DNA from: Bacillota bacterium
GTDB lineage: Bacteria > Bacillota > Clostridia > Acetivibrionales > DTU013
NCBI GenBank assembly: GCA_023435745.1
Contig: JAEZMD010000018.1
Span: 472,265 to 536,264, forward strand
Length of the DNA: 64,000 nt
Reading direction: 5' to 3'
Below, one piece after another: positions 44,799-54,979 of this stretch. Positions within the stretch are counted from its first letter, which is position 1; each line of letters starts with the position of its first letter. Under the pieces are notes generated by a model, which did not search any database, was not told the DNA's origin, and worked only from the letters and a program-made list of their open reading frames with translations. Position numbers and translations under genes: made by a program.

Positions 44799-46097
44799 TT
44801 ATTTCAAGGACTGCCGCAGCAGATCCGTTTCTTCGTTCATTCCGTCGCCGGACAATAGGGAGATTTCAGCCCCAAGCTGCCTGAAATCACGGACGATGTC
44901 CTCATAACCACGTTCGATATGCTCCACTCCAGTGATCCTGGTGGTGCCATCCGCCATCAGCCCGGCAAGCACAAGCGCTGTTCCCGCCCTGATGTCACCC
45001 GCATGTACCCATGTCCCTGTCAGGCTTCTATGGCTGTTGATACGGGCGATGCCATTTCTGACGGTAATGTCGGCGCCCATTCTGTTAAGCTGGTCACAGT
45101 GGTTGAAGCGTTTTGGATAGATTCGGTCTGAAACGGTGCTTCTGCCAAGAGCCTTCAGCAGTAAAACCGTAACGGGCTGTTGAAAGTCGCTTTCGAACAT
45201 GGGATATTTTCCTGTGCGAATTCTGGTTGCTTTGATCCTGCCCTCACCATGAACTGTGATGCAGGTATCGGACTGTTCGAAGGAAAGGCCTGTTTCCGTG
45301 AGCTTGGCCATACAGGGCTCAAGATGCTCCGGAATGACATCCTCTACAGTCAGAGTACCTCCGGTGATGCCGGCTCCGATCAGATAAGCTCCTGCGATCA
45401 GGCGGTCGGGAGCGGCGCTATGCGTGCAGCCTCCAAGCGAGGTGACTCCCTGTATCCGGATGGTATCCGTGCCTGCTCCAAAAATACGCGCCCCCATTTT
45501 ATTCAGAAGAACAGCGGTATCCACGACTTCCGGATCCTTTGCCGCATTATAAAGCGTTGTTTTGCCTTTGGCAAGCACAGCGGCCAGCATCACATTGATC
45601 GTAGCGCCGCCGGTCACCACGTCGAAGAAGACCTCGGCTCCGGATAGACCGTCAGCTTCCAGCGTATAGTAGGTATCATAGAGGGTGACATTCGCGCCTA
45701 ACGCTTTCAGTCCTTTAATATGCTGATCGATAGGACGCGAAACAAAGTTATCTCCTCCCGGATAGCCAATCGAGACCTTATGGTGCTTGACAAGCAATGC
45801 GCCGATAAAATAATAGGCGGCACGAAAGGAAGAGGACAGCTGTCGATCAATGTCAGCCGTGCGGATATTTCGTGGATCGATTATGTATGTGTTGTTTTCT
45901 TTCTTAAGATCGGCGCCAATACTTTTCAATATTTGAAATACTACTTTAATATCTGATATCTCAGGTATATTTGAAATACTTACCGGCTCATCTGCCAGAC
46001 AACAGGCCGCCAGCAACGCGAGAGAGCTGTTCTTGGAACCGGGGGCTTTGATCTTTCCATTCAGTGGTTTGGAGCAGTTTACTTCAAGCCATCTCAT
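44799..46097 (-). CDS. murA: UDP-N-acetylglucosamine 1-carboxyvinyltransferase paralogue with Asp in place of the catalytic/fosfomycin-target Cys
   Basis: Collinear with E. coli MurA as I recall it (PGSKNS..., SRPIDQHIKGL, AAKDPEVVDTA, PDRLIAGAY, ESDFQ, GDIRAGTALVLAGL, ERGYEDI). At the PGGC(115) position the sequence reads YPGGDNFVSRPID. Confidence 0.8.
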   Translation of the reverse strand: MRWLEVNCSKPLNGKIKAPGSKNSSLALLAACCLADEPVSISNIPEISDIKVVFQILKSIGADLKKENNTYIIDPRNIRTADIDRQLSSSFRAAYYFIGALLVKHHKVSIGYPGGDNFVSRPIDQHIKGLKALGANVTLYDTYYTLEADGLSGAEVFFDVVTGGATINVMLAAVLAKGKTTLYNAAKDPEVVDTAVLLNKMGARIFGAGTDTIRIQGVTSLGGCTHSAAPDRLIAGAYLIGAGITGGTLTVEDVIPEHLEPCMAKLTETGLSFEQSDTCITVHGEGRIKATRIRTGKYPMFESDFQQPVTVLLLKALGRSTVSDRIYPKRFNHCDQLNRMGADITVRNGIARINSHRSLTGTWVHAGDIRAGTALVLAGLMADGTTRITGVEHIERGYEDIVRDFRQLGAEISLLSGDGMNEETDLLRQSLK

Positions 46098-46231
46098 TTG
46101 TTTTCCCGCTTTCTTGTGTCATATTGATGTAACAATTCTATTATACCCGTTAATACCAAAAATGTTAATCAAAATTTTAACATAATCACGATAATAATAA
46201 TAAAAACAGCTTGTAATTCATACCAATTATG

Positions 46232-47386
46232 TCATTCTTCCAAGGGCTGCCTGAAAAGCATGGTGAAGTAGCTTGTGGTATAGTCGGCGCCACCGCCCGC
46301 GATTGCATATGAATTACTGTGACCGGTCACCAGGGGTCCCGACGCGCCGATTTCATCCATTGCAGCGAGCAGGGACAGGATGGAGGGAGGTGAGTCGATG
46401 TTATCGTTCCCCATCCGGATTATCGCTTCAGTATTACGTGATTCAATTGCTTTGAGTGTGATTTCATCCATTCTGTCTGCGGTGTATGTGTCAAGATAAT
46501 GCGAAAAATCAATAGAAGCGATGACCATAATCTCCGGATTATCCTGCATTGCTGCTGCGAGATGCTCACCAAGTTTCTTTGAGTCGGCTGCGGAATAATT
46601 TCCGTGGAGCAGGATGGGAACGATCTTTGTATCGGGCAGATAGTATTTTATATATGGTACCAGTCCGGAGATTGAATGCTCGAGCTCCATAAGCGAATCG
46701 TTTTCAGACGAGCCCAGTTCGTCAATCAGGCCGGTGGCAAGCTTCCGGTCGGCTTCAAGCATTCCAAAGGGCGTTCTCCAATCCAAAAGGGAGGTGTGCA
46801 GACCTTTCAGCCCAATTCGTCTGTGGTTGGGTGCAATCACGACAATTGTTTCGGGAGGTTCGTTAGAGAGCATCTGAAAAAAATCCGCAATCATATTTGC
46901 AGCCAGCAAATGATGCGGAACAACGCCGCCTGCAATGCGGCCGGATTCAACATTATCAATGTCATCAGCGCTATCGCTGCTAACGCCGCTGTCTCCGGCT
47001 GATTCAGCTTTAGTATTTGCGGCGGCAGCTGTTACCGATTTAAAAAAATCTTTTTCGGAATAGTGGATACATTGCAGTGTTGTGGTGGTACTGGTCACTG
47101 CTCCGGCGGGAAGGTCTTCAGATTCGGCGGGAATGTCCTCAGATTTGCCGGGAAAGTCTTCTGACTCGCCGGAATTAGTCGAATGACCGGCGGAAGAACC
47201 TCCGGATTGACTGGCATCAGCTGACTTGCCGGCAGAATCCGGCTGATCTGGAGACAGTGGTTTTTCGACCTCCAAAGTCTGTATCTGATTAGCCTGTCCT
47301 ATGAAGTCGAGGTTGAGAATCAGTACCAAAAAAAGGCAAAGCACGGCTGCAATGATTATTACTCTGCGCAAACCGTGCTTTGTCAT
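46232..47386 (-). CDS. Memo-family (AmmeMemoRadiSam system protein B-type) protein with an N-terminal TM anchor and an acidic repeat linker
   Basis: TM anchor RRVIIIAAVLCLFLVLILNL. The linker carries three SED(F/I/L)P units. Memo-like core: GGVVPHHLLA, VVIAPNHRR, LEHSISGLVPYIKYY, IASIDFSHYL, GHSNS. AGGAGG lies 7 nt before the ATG, 25 nt after the A2M stop. Confidence 0.75.
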   Translation of the reverse strand: MTKHGLRRVIIIAAVLCLFLVLILNLDFIGQANQIQTLEVEKPLSPDQPDSAGKSADASQSGGSSAGHSTNSGESEDFPGKSEDIPAESEDLPAGAVTSTTTTLQCIHYSEKDFFKSVTAAAANTKAESAGDSGVSSDSADDIDNVESGRIAGGVVPHHLLAANMIADFFQMLSNEPPETIVVIAPNHRRIGLKGLHTSLLDWRTPFGMLEADRKLATGLIDELGSSENDSLMELEHSISGLVPYIKYYLPDTKIVPILLHGNYSAADSKKLGEHLAAAMQDNPEIMVIASIDFSHYLDTYTADRMDEITLKAIESRNTEAIIRMGNDNIDSPPSILSLLAAMDEIGASGPLVTGHSNSYAIAGGGADYTTSYFTMLFRQPLEE

Positions 47387-47411
47387 GGCTGAACCTCCTG
47401 TTTTCTGATGG

Positions 47412-50400
47412 TTACCTGATTGTTATCTGATCTTTTTTGGTAAACCCGGATATTGCATTATCTGTATGGCGGATCGCCGCGTTGTCCGCAGTAAACGCTC
47501 CTTCGGTGACAGCCATTGCTTCATAAAAAATTGCTTTTACAGGTTTGCCCTTTACATAGTAGTATCCAAAGACTACCTTCTGACCGGTCACTTCGTCCGG
47601 CCAGGAATTGTCATCATAGTATGCCGACGGAATAAATCTGAAGCCGGCAGGCAATATATCAGTGATCTGGTAGTAGCCGTCCGGCGCTGTAGCGCCAAAT
47701 ACGGGCGTAATCGTTATTTTTACCTTATCGGACCGGTTAAAATCGGTTGTTGTTTTGTTGCCGGAGACGAGAGCGTAGGAGCGTAAAATTGACACCTGGC
47801 TGCCGTCGGTATTGCGGATCTGACTGACAGGAGCAACATGGGAGGCCGCAACCTGCACTTTTCCCTGTATATTACTGAATTTGAGGGAGGCAAGCAGCTC
47901 CGGCGTCAGATCAAGTCTGAAGGTTCCGCCATTCTGCAATTCCACCTGCTTTTTCACTCCGTTCAGTTCATAGCTGAAGCTGTTGTTCAGACTGGCCTGC
48001 TTGATATGATTCGACACAAAGATCATTCTTTCCAGGTTGACCAGAAGCTCTGAGGTGGAATTCGACTTGATATAATTGAAGAGCTTTAGCTTTTCAGGTT
48101 CATTCGTCTTCAGCGCGATCAGTGAGCAAAGAGCGGTAGCGTCAATGCTCTCATCCCTTGTTCCTGTCTCAAGCCAAGCCAGTGTTTCGGTGATTGTTCC
48201 GGATCTTTCCATTGCTTCGGTGTAAATATCCTTTGCGCCCTGGAAATCGCCTATTTCTGCCAGCGCCACGCCAAGTACCAGCCTGAGCTCAGGGGTCAGT
48301 TCATCTGACTCAAGAGCCGCGCGTATATCAAGCAACACCGGTTCGTTCAAGGCTGCAAGACCCCAATAGCTGTAGGCGGCATCCTCCGGCATGGTTTCTT
48401 CATTTTCAAGAATCCTTGTGAAGTATGCTGCAAGAGCGTCCCTGTCAATACCATCGGCAGCAAGAGCGGCCATTTTTGCGGATAACGCGGGGTTGCTGCT
48501 GTCATAAGTAAGCAGCGCGAGTCCGCCGTCGTCGGTCTGATATTGACGCAGATCAGATTCTTCATCCATATATGGTTCTTCATTGAAATAATTGAGTAAA
48601 AGCTTTCCTGCCAACTGGCGCGCCAGCTTCTGATCCAGCCTCTGACCCCAACTCCAGTACAGTGAATGCAGTTCATTGTAAAGTGCCGCCGAGTCTTCGC
48701 CGTAGAACACCAGTGAAGTCAGGCCCTTAGCTGAATTTTCTATGGTCATGCCTTCGGCAAGGCTTATATAATCTGTCACAGAGGTCTCCAACAGGCTGTC
48801 TGAAACTCTGAATGGACGTTCCATGGCATCCGTCAGTTTACCGCTGGAGGCTTCCACCTTTACGGTATAGCTGCCTGCGGAAAGGGGCCCCACGGGCAGT
48901 TGAACAGGTGTGTGTGCCACGCCTGCTGCTGTAAATGATTTGGATGCGCCGCCGGTTTGCGTAACGGTGATTTTGTAGTCTACAGCGGCTTTTTCCGCGA
49001 GCTCTGTACCGTAGGCTCTCATCAATATTGATGGATTATCTCCCGTGATAAAGTTCGAATTAAATATCGTATCGACAAAGAATGGCAGCTTCGAGGAAAT
49101 GTTGAGCTTCCCGCTCCCTGCAAACAGGTCTTCTGTGACAGCCTGCCAGGTGATTCTCCAGGAAGTCAGGTTATCTGGCAGCTTGAAGCTGACTTCCGCC
49201 TTTCCGTCACTTCCTGCGGTAACAGTCGTGAACAGAGCACTGTCCTTGAAGTCCGCTCTGACGTAAGCGTCGCCGCCTTCTCCCATCTCCGCCATCGGCG
49301 GACCCATTGTACTCAGGGGTGAAGAATATGAGAGATACTCCGTGAGGATGCCTGATGAGATCCCGGCTCCGTAAATAGAGGACAACAGATCGACAGACTG
49401 ATTGTACATGGCAAAGAAAGCCTCATCCACAACGCTGATATTCATTTGTGCAGCATGCGGCTTTCCGTCGGCGTCTTTTATCTCAAAGGCAAGGTTGACA
49501 GTCTCACCGGGCTTATAGTACTCTTTATCCTGTTTTATGCTGACCTCCAGATTTTTCTCGGTCTTATCAAACCGATATTCCAGGATGCCGGCATCGTACA
49601 TGTCCGTTCCGTCAAAGTACACGGCTTTGATATAAATATTCGGAATGAATTTCTCCTCATAGTTGAAATTAAACACAGGATCGGGAGACAGTTTGTAATC
49701 CATTACGCCGTTTTGCAGACGGAGGAACAGGAATTTGCCGTTTCCGCTATTTACAACGGGCTCTCCCTTATACTTCACTTCAAGAGATACAGGGGCGCCC
49801 AGCCTGCGTGAACGGTCAGGATCCTTTGAGGTCAGTGAGTAAAGGCTGGTGTCATAGGGATCATAATAGTCCCAGTTATAGATGTATTCCGTCTCATCAA
49901 TAACACGACCCTGGGAGTCTGCACCGGTGATACGAACATGGTAGTTTTTGTTCTTTTCGGTGGTGAACTCGAGCTCATATTTGCCGTTCACAGTATTGAA
50001 TGCGTATTGGTTAATCAGATTGTTCACTTCTTTATAATCATAGGTATTCCTTTTTACCTTGTTGATATAGTCATAATATTCTCCTGTGATGATCTGTTCG
50101 TAATATCTTTCGTAAAGCTCCACCCGTACAGGCATATCAACGGAGGCGCCTTTGTATGCTTCCTCCATATAATAGTAGTTTGAGGAATTATTCTCCAGCT
50201 TAGATAGATCAATCCTGTTAGTTTCAAAGCTCAGTGTTGCTTTATTGCCCTCGATGTCTGAATCCATGGAAATCATCGTATCCTTTGGGAATACGGTCAC
50301 AAAGCCGGAAGCCTGAATCTGGCGCTCCTCCGCTTCACGGTTGTTGATATTCAGATAGAGAGAAACCGGTCTCCAACCGACGCTTATATTTGAAGAGGGC

Positions 50401-52361
50401 TGGATGGTCAATTTGGAGGAGCCCGCAGTATCGCTGGTCAGCACTCCGTTTTTATTATCAAATGCTCCTATGGAATAGTAGTAGTCAAGTTCGACGCCTG
50501 ATACCGGCGTGCCCTCAAAGAAGGAGGTGAGGAAGTTGAAATTGACGCTATCCCATGCGTACATATAATTCTTGTCTTTAGTGACATCAATTTTATATAC
50601 GGGTTTTGTGTATTCAATAATCTGAAGGTAGCGGGTTTGCATGATCTGGTCGCCGATACGCAGCCGTACCTCATAAGAGCCAGGGTTATAGTTGGATATT
50701 GCGAGTGTGCCGGTATAGGCGCCATTCGGCGAAATTTCGACATTCTGTGAGGCCAATACCGAGGGCTCCGAATCACCGGACGAATAGTAGTTGTACCTTA
50801 TCAATTCCAGTACGGCATCCTTTTGGCTGTCTTTCCCATCACGTGGTTTAAAAATGCCCCAGATGTTGATTTTATCAGTTGGAAGGAATACATCTTTATC
50901 CAGATAGATATACGACCAGTAATGATCTATAATATCCGTACCGTCGTAATAGCTGTAATATGGTTGGTATTGATAGTTCGCAAGCTCTGCAATATATACC
51001 GGACCCGATGCCGGAGTGATTAGGAAGAAGGAGGAGGAGTCCCTGCTGTTGGGTACATCAAGAACGGCCAATCCATTCCGATCCGATTTGACCGATTTTC
51101 CGCCGTCAAGCTTGAACTCTGCGCCGGACAATGGTTCGCCGGTGGCCGAATCATTCAGCCAGGCCAGTGTCTCAGAGGTGGTCTTCATGATATACACCGA
51201 CGCGGGATGAACCTGAACCTGAGTATAGTACTTTACTCCGTCAACCTCTGCTACCATCAGGTAATAACCACTGGGCAGAGCAGAAGGGAGTACGAGGAAA
51301 TTGCTGTGCCAGTAGCTTTGTACAAATTTAGCGACTCTGCCGGTGAGCGTTGCTGTTTTTTGCAGCTTTGTCTCATCGTATCCGACCTTTGTTCTATCGC
51401 GCAAATACCACGTGGACGAAAGCTGGGAGGCATCCTTCAGATCCTTCAGAAAGCTGTTCGCGTCCGGGTAGCTGTATATCTCAAGAGGAACCTCGGAATC
51501 TGTCATATCGTTCTGCGAATAAATCTCAAAGGCCGGAGCGGTCTGAGGATTGAAGCTGTAGAAGGTATTTGAAAATTCAAAATAAGTGCGGTTGGTTTGG
51601 GTTTCCGGCAAAACGGTCTGGAAACTGAAGGTATAGTCTTCCTTGAGGGGATCTGCGCTGCCTTCGACGGCAATGCCCTTTTTAATTGTGACCGTATAGA
51701 TAGTGCTTTCCTCCAGACCTTCCGGAACAAAGACGACAGTTTTGCCGTGCCACTCAAAACGGCCTTTTACAGCGGGTGATATTTCAAAGAATTTTTCAAT
51801 GTTCTGAGCATTTTCATGGCTGAAGGTGATTTCGATACCGGATGCCAGCGGCACCTGCACGCCTTGATTGCGGGGCAGGGTACGGACGACATTAAAGGCT
51901 TTTTTAGTCTGGAATGCCCACGAATGCTTTTCTCCTGTGTTATTATCGCTCAAAATAAAGTTATAAACGCTGTCGCTTTGCAGTGGCTTTTCAAACTCCA
52001 TGCTGTATTCCTTTGCAGAAACCTTTGTCAGCTTGAATTTCTGTTTTGGCTTGATACTCAGAGATTTCTCAAGCTCCTTTTCGTCCGGCGTCCTGGTGAA
52101 TACAAGCTTGAATGCGGAGGTCAGGCTCACACCCAGACTGTCGGCGTCGACGGCCGATATCTTTACATCCGTATCCAGAAAGCGCACAGTTCCCTCTTGT
52201 GTGGCGGTGGGTTCTTCATTGTAAGACGGCTGCTCCATATCCTTGCGGTCGAATGCACCCAGCAGCGCAGCGGCGCCAAAGCCGACAGCCAGCACGAGAA
52301 CAGATATTATTGTGATCAAAACGGGTTTTTTTCTTAGATACCCTGACAATTTATTTATCAT
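47412..52361 (-). CDS. giant (1649 aa) membrane-anchored alpha-2-macroglobulin family protein with no thioester motif
   Basis: N-terminal TM anchor and Ig-like/SbsA-type N-terminal domains. A2M hallmark FKDSALFTTVTAGSDGKAEVSFKLPDNLTSWRITWQAVT. The TED-like alpha-helical region reads LYWSWGQRLDQ where CxEQ would be expected. Confidence 0.8.
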   Translation of the reverse strand: MINKLSGYLRKKPVLITIISVLVLAVGFGAAALLGAFDRKDMEQPSYNEEPTATQEGTVRFLDTDVKISAVDADSLGVSLTSAFKLVFTRTPDEKELEKSLSIKPKQKFKLTKVSAKEYSMEFEKPLQSDSVYNFILSDNNTGEKHSWAFQTKKAFNVVRTLPRNQGVQVPLASGIEITFSHENAQNIEKFFEISPAVKGRFEWHGKTVVFVPEGLEESTIYTVTIKKGIAVEGSADPLKEDYTFSFQTVLPETQTNRTYFEFSNTFYSFNPQTAPAFEIYSQNDMTDSEVPLEIYSYPDANSFLKDLKDASQLSSTWYLRDRTKVGYDETKLQKTATLTGRVAKFVQSYWHSNFLVLPSALPSGYYLMVAEVDGVKYYTQVQVHPASVYIMKTTSETLAWLNDSATGEPLSGAEFKLDGGKSVKSDRNGLAVLDVPNSRDSSSFFLITPASGPVYIAELANYQYQPYYSYYDGTDIIDHYWSYIYLDKDVFLPTDKINIWGIFKPRDGKDSQKDAVLELIRYNYYSSGDSEPSVLASQNVEISPNGAYTGTLAISNYNPGSYEVRLRIGDQIMQTRYLQIIEYTKPVYKIDVTKDKNYMYAWDSVNFNFLTSFFEGTPVSGVELDYYYSIGAFDNKNGVLTSDTAGSSKLTIQPSSNISVGWRPVSLYLNINNREAEERQIQASGFVTVFPKDTMISMDSDIEGNKATLSFETNRIDLSKLENNSSNYYYMEEAYKGASVDMPVRVELYERYYEQIITGEYYDYINKVKRNTYDYKEVNNLINQYAFNTVNGKYELEFTTEKNKNYHVRITGADSQGRVIDETEYIYNWDYYDPYDTSLYSLTSKDPDRSRRLGAPVSLEVKYKGEPVVNSGNGKFLFLRLQNGVMDYKLSPDPVFNFNYEEKFIPNIYIKAVYFDGTDMYDAGILEYRFDKTEKNLEVSIKQDKEYYKPGETVNLAFEIKDADGKPHAAQMNISVVDEAFFAMYNQSVDLLSSIYGAGISSGILTEYLSYSSPLSTMGPPMAEMGEGGDAYVRADFKDSALFTTVTAGSDGKAEVSFKLPDNLTSWRITWQAVTEDLFAGSGKLNISSKLPFFVDTIFNSNFITGDNPSILMRAYGTELAEKAAVDYKITVTQTGGASKSFTAAGVAHTPVQLPVGPLSAGSYTVKVEASSGKLTDAMERPFRVSDSLLETSVTDYISLAEGMTIENSAKGLTSLVFYGEDSAALYNELHSLYWSWGQRLDQKLARQLAGKLLLNYFNEEPYMDEESDLRQYQTDDGGLALLTYDSSNPALSAKMAALAADGIDRDALAAYFTRILENEETMPEDAAYSYWGLAALNEPVLLDIRAALESDELTPELRLVLGVALAEIGDFQGAKDIYTEAMERSGTITETLAWLETGTRDESIDATALCSLIALKTNEPEKLKLFNYIKSNSTSELLVNLERMIFVSNHIKQASLNNSFSYELNGVKKQVELQNGGTFRLDLTPELLASLKFSNIQGKVQVAASHVAPVSQIRNTDGSQVSILRSYALVSGNKTTTDFNRSDKVKITITPVFGATAPDGYYQITDILPAGFRFIPSAYYDDNSWPDEVTGQKVVFGYYYVKGKPVKAIFYEAMAVTEGAFTADNAAIRHTDNAISGFTKKDQITIR

Positions 52362-52587
52362 ATAAACCTCACATCCTTAATCGGAAATTCTTATTTATAA
52401 TATCAGTATATTACCTATTGAGACGAAAACCAAACAGAATTTGTTTCGTAAATGAAGCTATAATTCATAAAAACCGTTTAAATGGAGCAGATGAAAGCCG
52501 GTCTCAATGAGTTAGTTCTTCAGTATCTGTATCGTATAACAAATAATTATTAAAGGTTAAACTTGCGTGATTATATTTATTTAAGTA

Positions 52588-52616
52588 TTGACTTATGTCC
52601 ATACAACATATATAAT
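52588..52616 (+). promoter_or_regulatory. near-consensus sigma-A promoter of the GH3/ABC operon
   Basis: TTGACT (52588-93), 17-nt spacer, TATAAT (52611-16), 35 nt before ATG 52652. Confidence 0.6.
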
Positions 52617-52651
52617 TAGTTCGTTAAATACTTTAAGGAAGTGGTTGAATA

Positions 52652-54979
52652 ATGACTGGCGATAATATTTTAGCATTAATCGATAAAATGACACTTGAAG
52701 AAAAAGCAGGTATGTGCTCGGGCAAAAATTGGTTCGAAACTAAAGATGTAGAGCGATTGGGCATCCCTAGAATACAGATGTTTGATGGACCAAATGGTCT
52801 TAGAAAAAATGCGGGTAGAAGTGAGAATGATAATTTTGGAGGGTATACTGCTGTAAAGTCTACTTGTTTTCCCACGGGTAGCGCAATGGCAGCATCATGG
52901 GACGTTGATCTTCTTTATGAGATTGGGCAAAAAATGGGCGAAGAATGTCAAACGGAGCAAGTTCCGCTTTTACTTGGCCCAGCAATTAATATGAAGCGTT
53001 CTCCTCTTTGCGGAAGAAATTTTGAATATCTATCGGAGGATCCATATCTAGGAGGCAAACTTGCAGCTGCTCTTGTGAAAGGCATACAATCGCAAGGGGT
53101 AGGAGCATGCTTGAAACATTTTGCAGCGAACAATCAAGAATATAGACGATTGTCCGTAAATAGCATAATAGACGAACAAACACTAAGAGAAATTTATTTG
53201 ACTGCTTTTGAGATTGCAGTAAAAGAAGCAAGTCCGCTGACAATTATGTGTGCATATAACATGATTAACGGTACGCATTGCTGTGAGAACAAGCACATAC
53301 TTAATGACATATTGCGTGAAGAGTGGGGCTTTGAAGGAATTGTCATATCTGATTGGGGTGCTATGAATCATAGAGTTGAATCGCTTGCTGCAGGACTTGA
53401 ACTTGAGATGCCTTACAGTGGACCTGAAAATGACAGTCAAATTATTAGTGCTGTAAAGTCGGGTGAGCTCAGTGAAGATATACTCAACAGATCTGTTTAC
53501 AGATTATTAAAGTTTATTTTTAAAGTATATGAATCAAAGAAGAAAAGTTATATTTTCAATAATAAAGAACATCATCATTTCGCAAGAAAAGCTGCATCAG
53601 AATGTATGGTTCTTCTGAAAAATTCTGATAGCCTGCTCCCTCTTAAAGCCAATACAAAAATTGCGCTTATCGGAGAAATGGCAGAGTTCACAAGATATCA
53701 GGGCGGTGGAAGTTCTCATGTTACAGCTACATGTATAGACAATATCTTAACCGAAATGAAGTCAAAGACCGGTAGTTTTACATATGCAAAGGGTTATAGC
53801 CTTTCAGAGGATGATGTAAATTATGATCTGATAAATGAAGCTACATTACTTGCCCAACAAAATGAAGTGGCTGTTATTATTGCAGGACTCCCGGATAAAT
53901 ATGAATCTGAACATTACGACAGGCCTTCTATGAAGATGCCTGACGGTCATGTTAAATTGATTGAAGCGGTAGCGAAAGCTAATCCTAACACGGTGGTTGT
54001 TCTGCTAAATGGATCCCCGGTTGAAATAGGCTGGGAAAGCAGTGTTAAAGGAATTCTTGAAGCTTATCTTGGGGGTCAGGCTACAGCAGGAGCTATTTGT
54101 GATATTTTGTTCGGGGATGTAAACCCAAGCGGAAAACTGGCAGAATCTTTTCCTATAAAGCTTGAAGATAATCCGTCATTTCTCAATTATTCAGACGATA
54201 CATATGAAGTTAATTACCATGAGTGCGTTTATATCGGCTATCGGTACTATGATAAAAAAAAGATGCAAGTACAGTATCCTTTTGGATTTGGCTTAAGTTA
54301 TACAACATTTTCTTACAGTGATATCAGGGTTGATAAAAAAGACATAATTGCCGGTGAAGAAGTATGTATCACAGTAAAAATAAAGAATACCGGAAAAGTC
54401 AAGGGTAAAGAGATTGTTCAGCTTTACACCGGGCCTGTTTGCACTGCAGGAAGACCGGTCAAGGAACTTAGGGCATTTAAAAAAGTTGAACTTTACCCCG
54501 GAGAGGAAAAAACAATTTCCTTCACACTTGGTAAACGTGGATTTGCGTATTACAACGCTTATATTAGTGACTGGCATGTGAAAAGCGGAAAATATAGTAT
54601 CTATGTTGGATCATCATCCAGAGATATTCACCTGATTGAAACAATTAACATAATTACTGATGTTGATGTAACACGTGCTATTGATATTAATACAACACTG
54701 GGCGATTTGCTCGAAGACAGCAGGACTGCAGAAGTAACGCTGGAAATGCTAAAAAAACATGCCCCTAGTGTTTTAGCATATCACAATAAAGATACAGACA
54801 TTGATTACAGCGCTATTAGTGTAGATATGGCAAAAGAGATGCTGCATAATATGCCGCTTAGAGAGGCGCGCCTATTTTCAAAAGGAACAATGACTGACGC
54901 AATATTAAATGATTTTATTATAAAACTTAATAATATTATTAATGCATCGGAGGTTCCAAATGGAAAAGTCGCCCATTAA
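52652..54979 (+). CDS. GH3 family beta-glucosidase/beta-glycosidase (no signal peptide)
   Basis: GPNGLR, KHFAANNQE, nucleophile context GIVISDWGA, and a C-terminal fibronectin-III-like domain (FGFGLSYTTF...). Confidence 0.9.
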   Translation: MTGDNILALIDKMTLEEKAGMCSGKNWFETKDVERLGIPRIQMFDGPNGLRKNAGRSENDNFGGYTAVKSTCFPTGSAMAASWDVDLLYEIGQKMGEECQTEQVPLLLGPAINMKRSPLCGRNFEYLSEDPYLGGKLAAALVKGIQSQGVGACLKHFAANNQEYRRLSVNSIIDEQTLREIYLTAFEIAVKEASPLTIMCAYNMINGTHCCENKHILNDILREEWGFEGIVISDWGAMNHRVESLAAGLELEMPYSGPENDSQIISAVKSGELSEDILNRSVYRLLKFIFKVYESKKKSYIFNNKEHHHFARKAASECMVLLKNSDSLLPLKANTKIALIGEMAEFTRYQGGGSSHVTATCIDNILTEMKSKTGSFTYAKGYSLSEDDVNYDLINEATLLAQQNEVAVIIAGLPDKYESEHYDRPSMKMPDGHVKLIEAVAKANPNTVVVLLNGSPVEIGWESSVKGILEAYLGGQATAGAICDILFGDVNPSGKLAESFPIKLEDNPSFLNYSDDTYEVNYHECVYIGYRYYDKKKMQVQYPFGFGLSYTTFSYSDIRVDKKDIIAGEEVCITVKIKNTGKVKGKEIVQLYTGPVCTAGRPVKELRAFKKVELYPGEEKTISFTLGKRGFAYYNAYISDWHVKSGKYSIYVGSSSRDIHLIETINIITDVDVTRAIDINTTLGDLLEDSRTAEVTLEMLKKHAPSVLAYHNKDTDIDYSAISVDMAKEMLHNMPLREARLFSKGTMTDAILNDFIIKLNNIINASEVPNGKVAH

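Noticed and set aside
47412-52361. A thioester-containing (ECAM-like) A2M
   Set aside because: No C-x-E-Q motif is visible anywhere in the TED-like region; the aligned position reads WGQRLDQ. I therefore call it thioester-less. This should be confirmed by HMM alignment.
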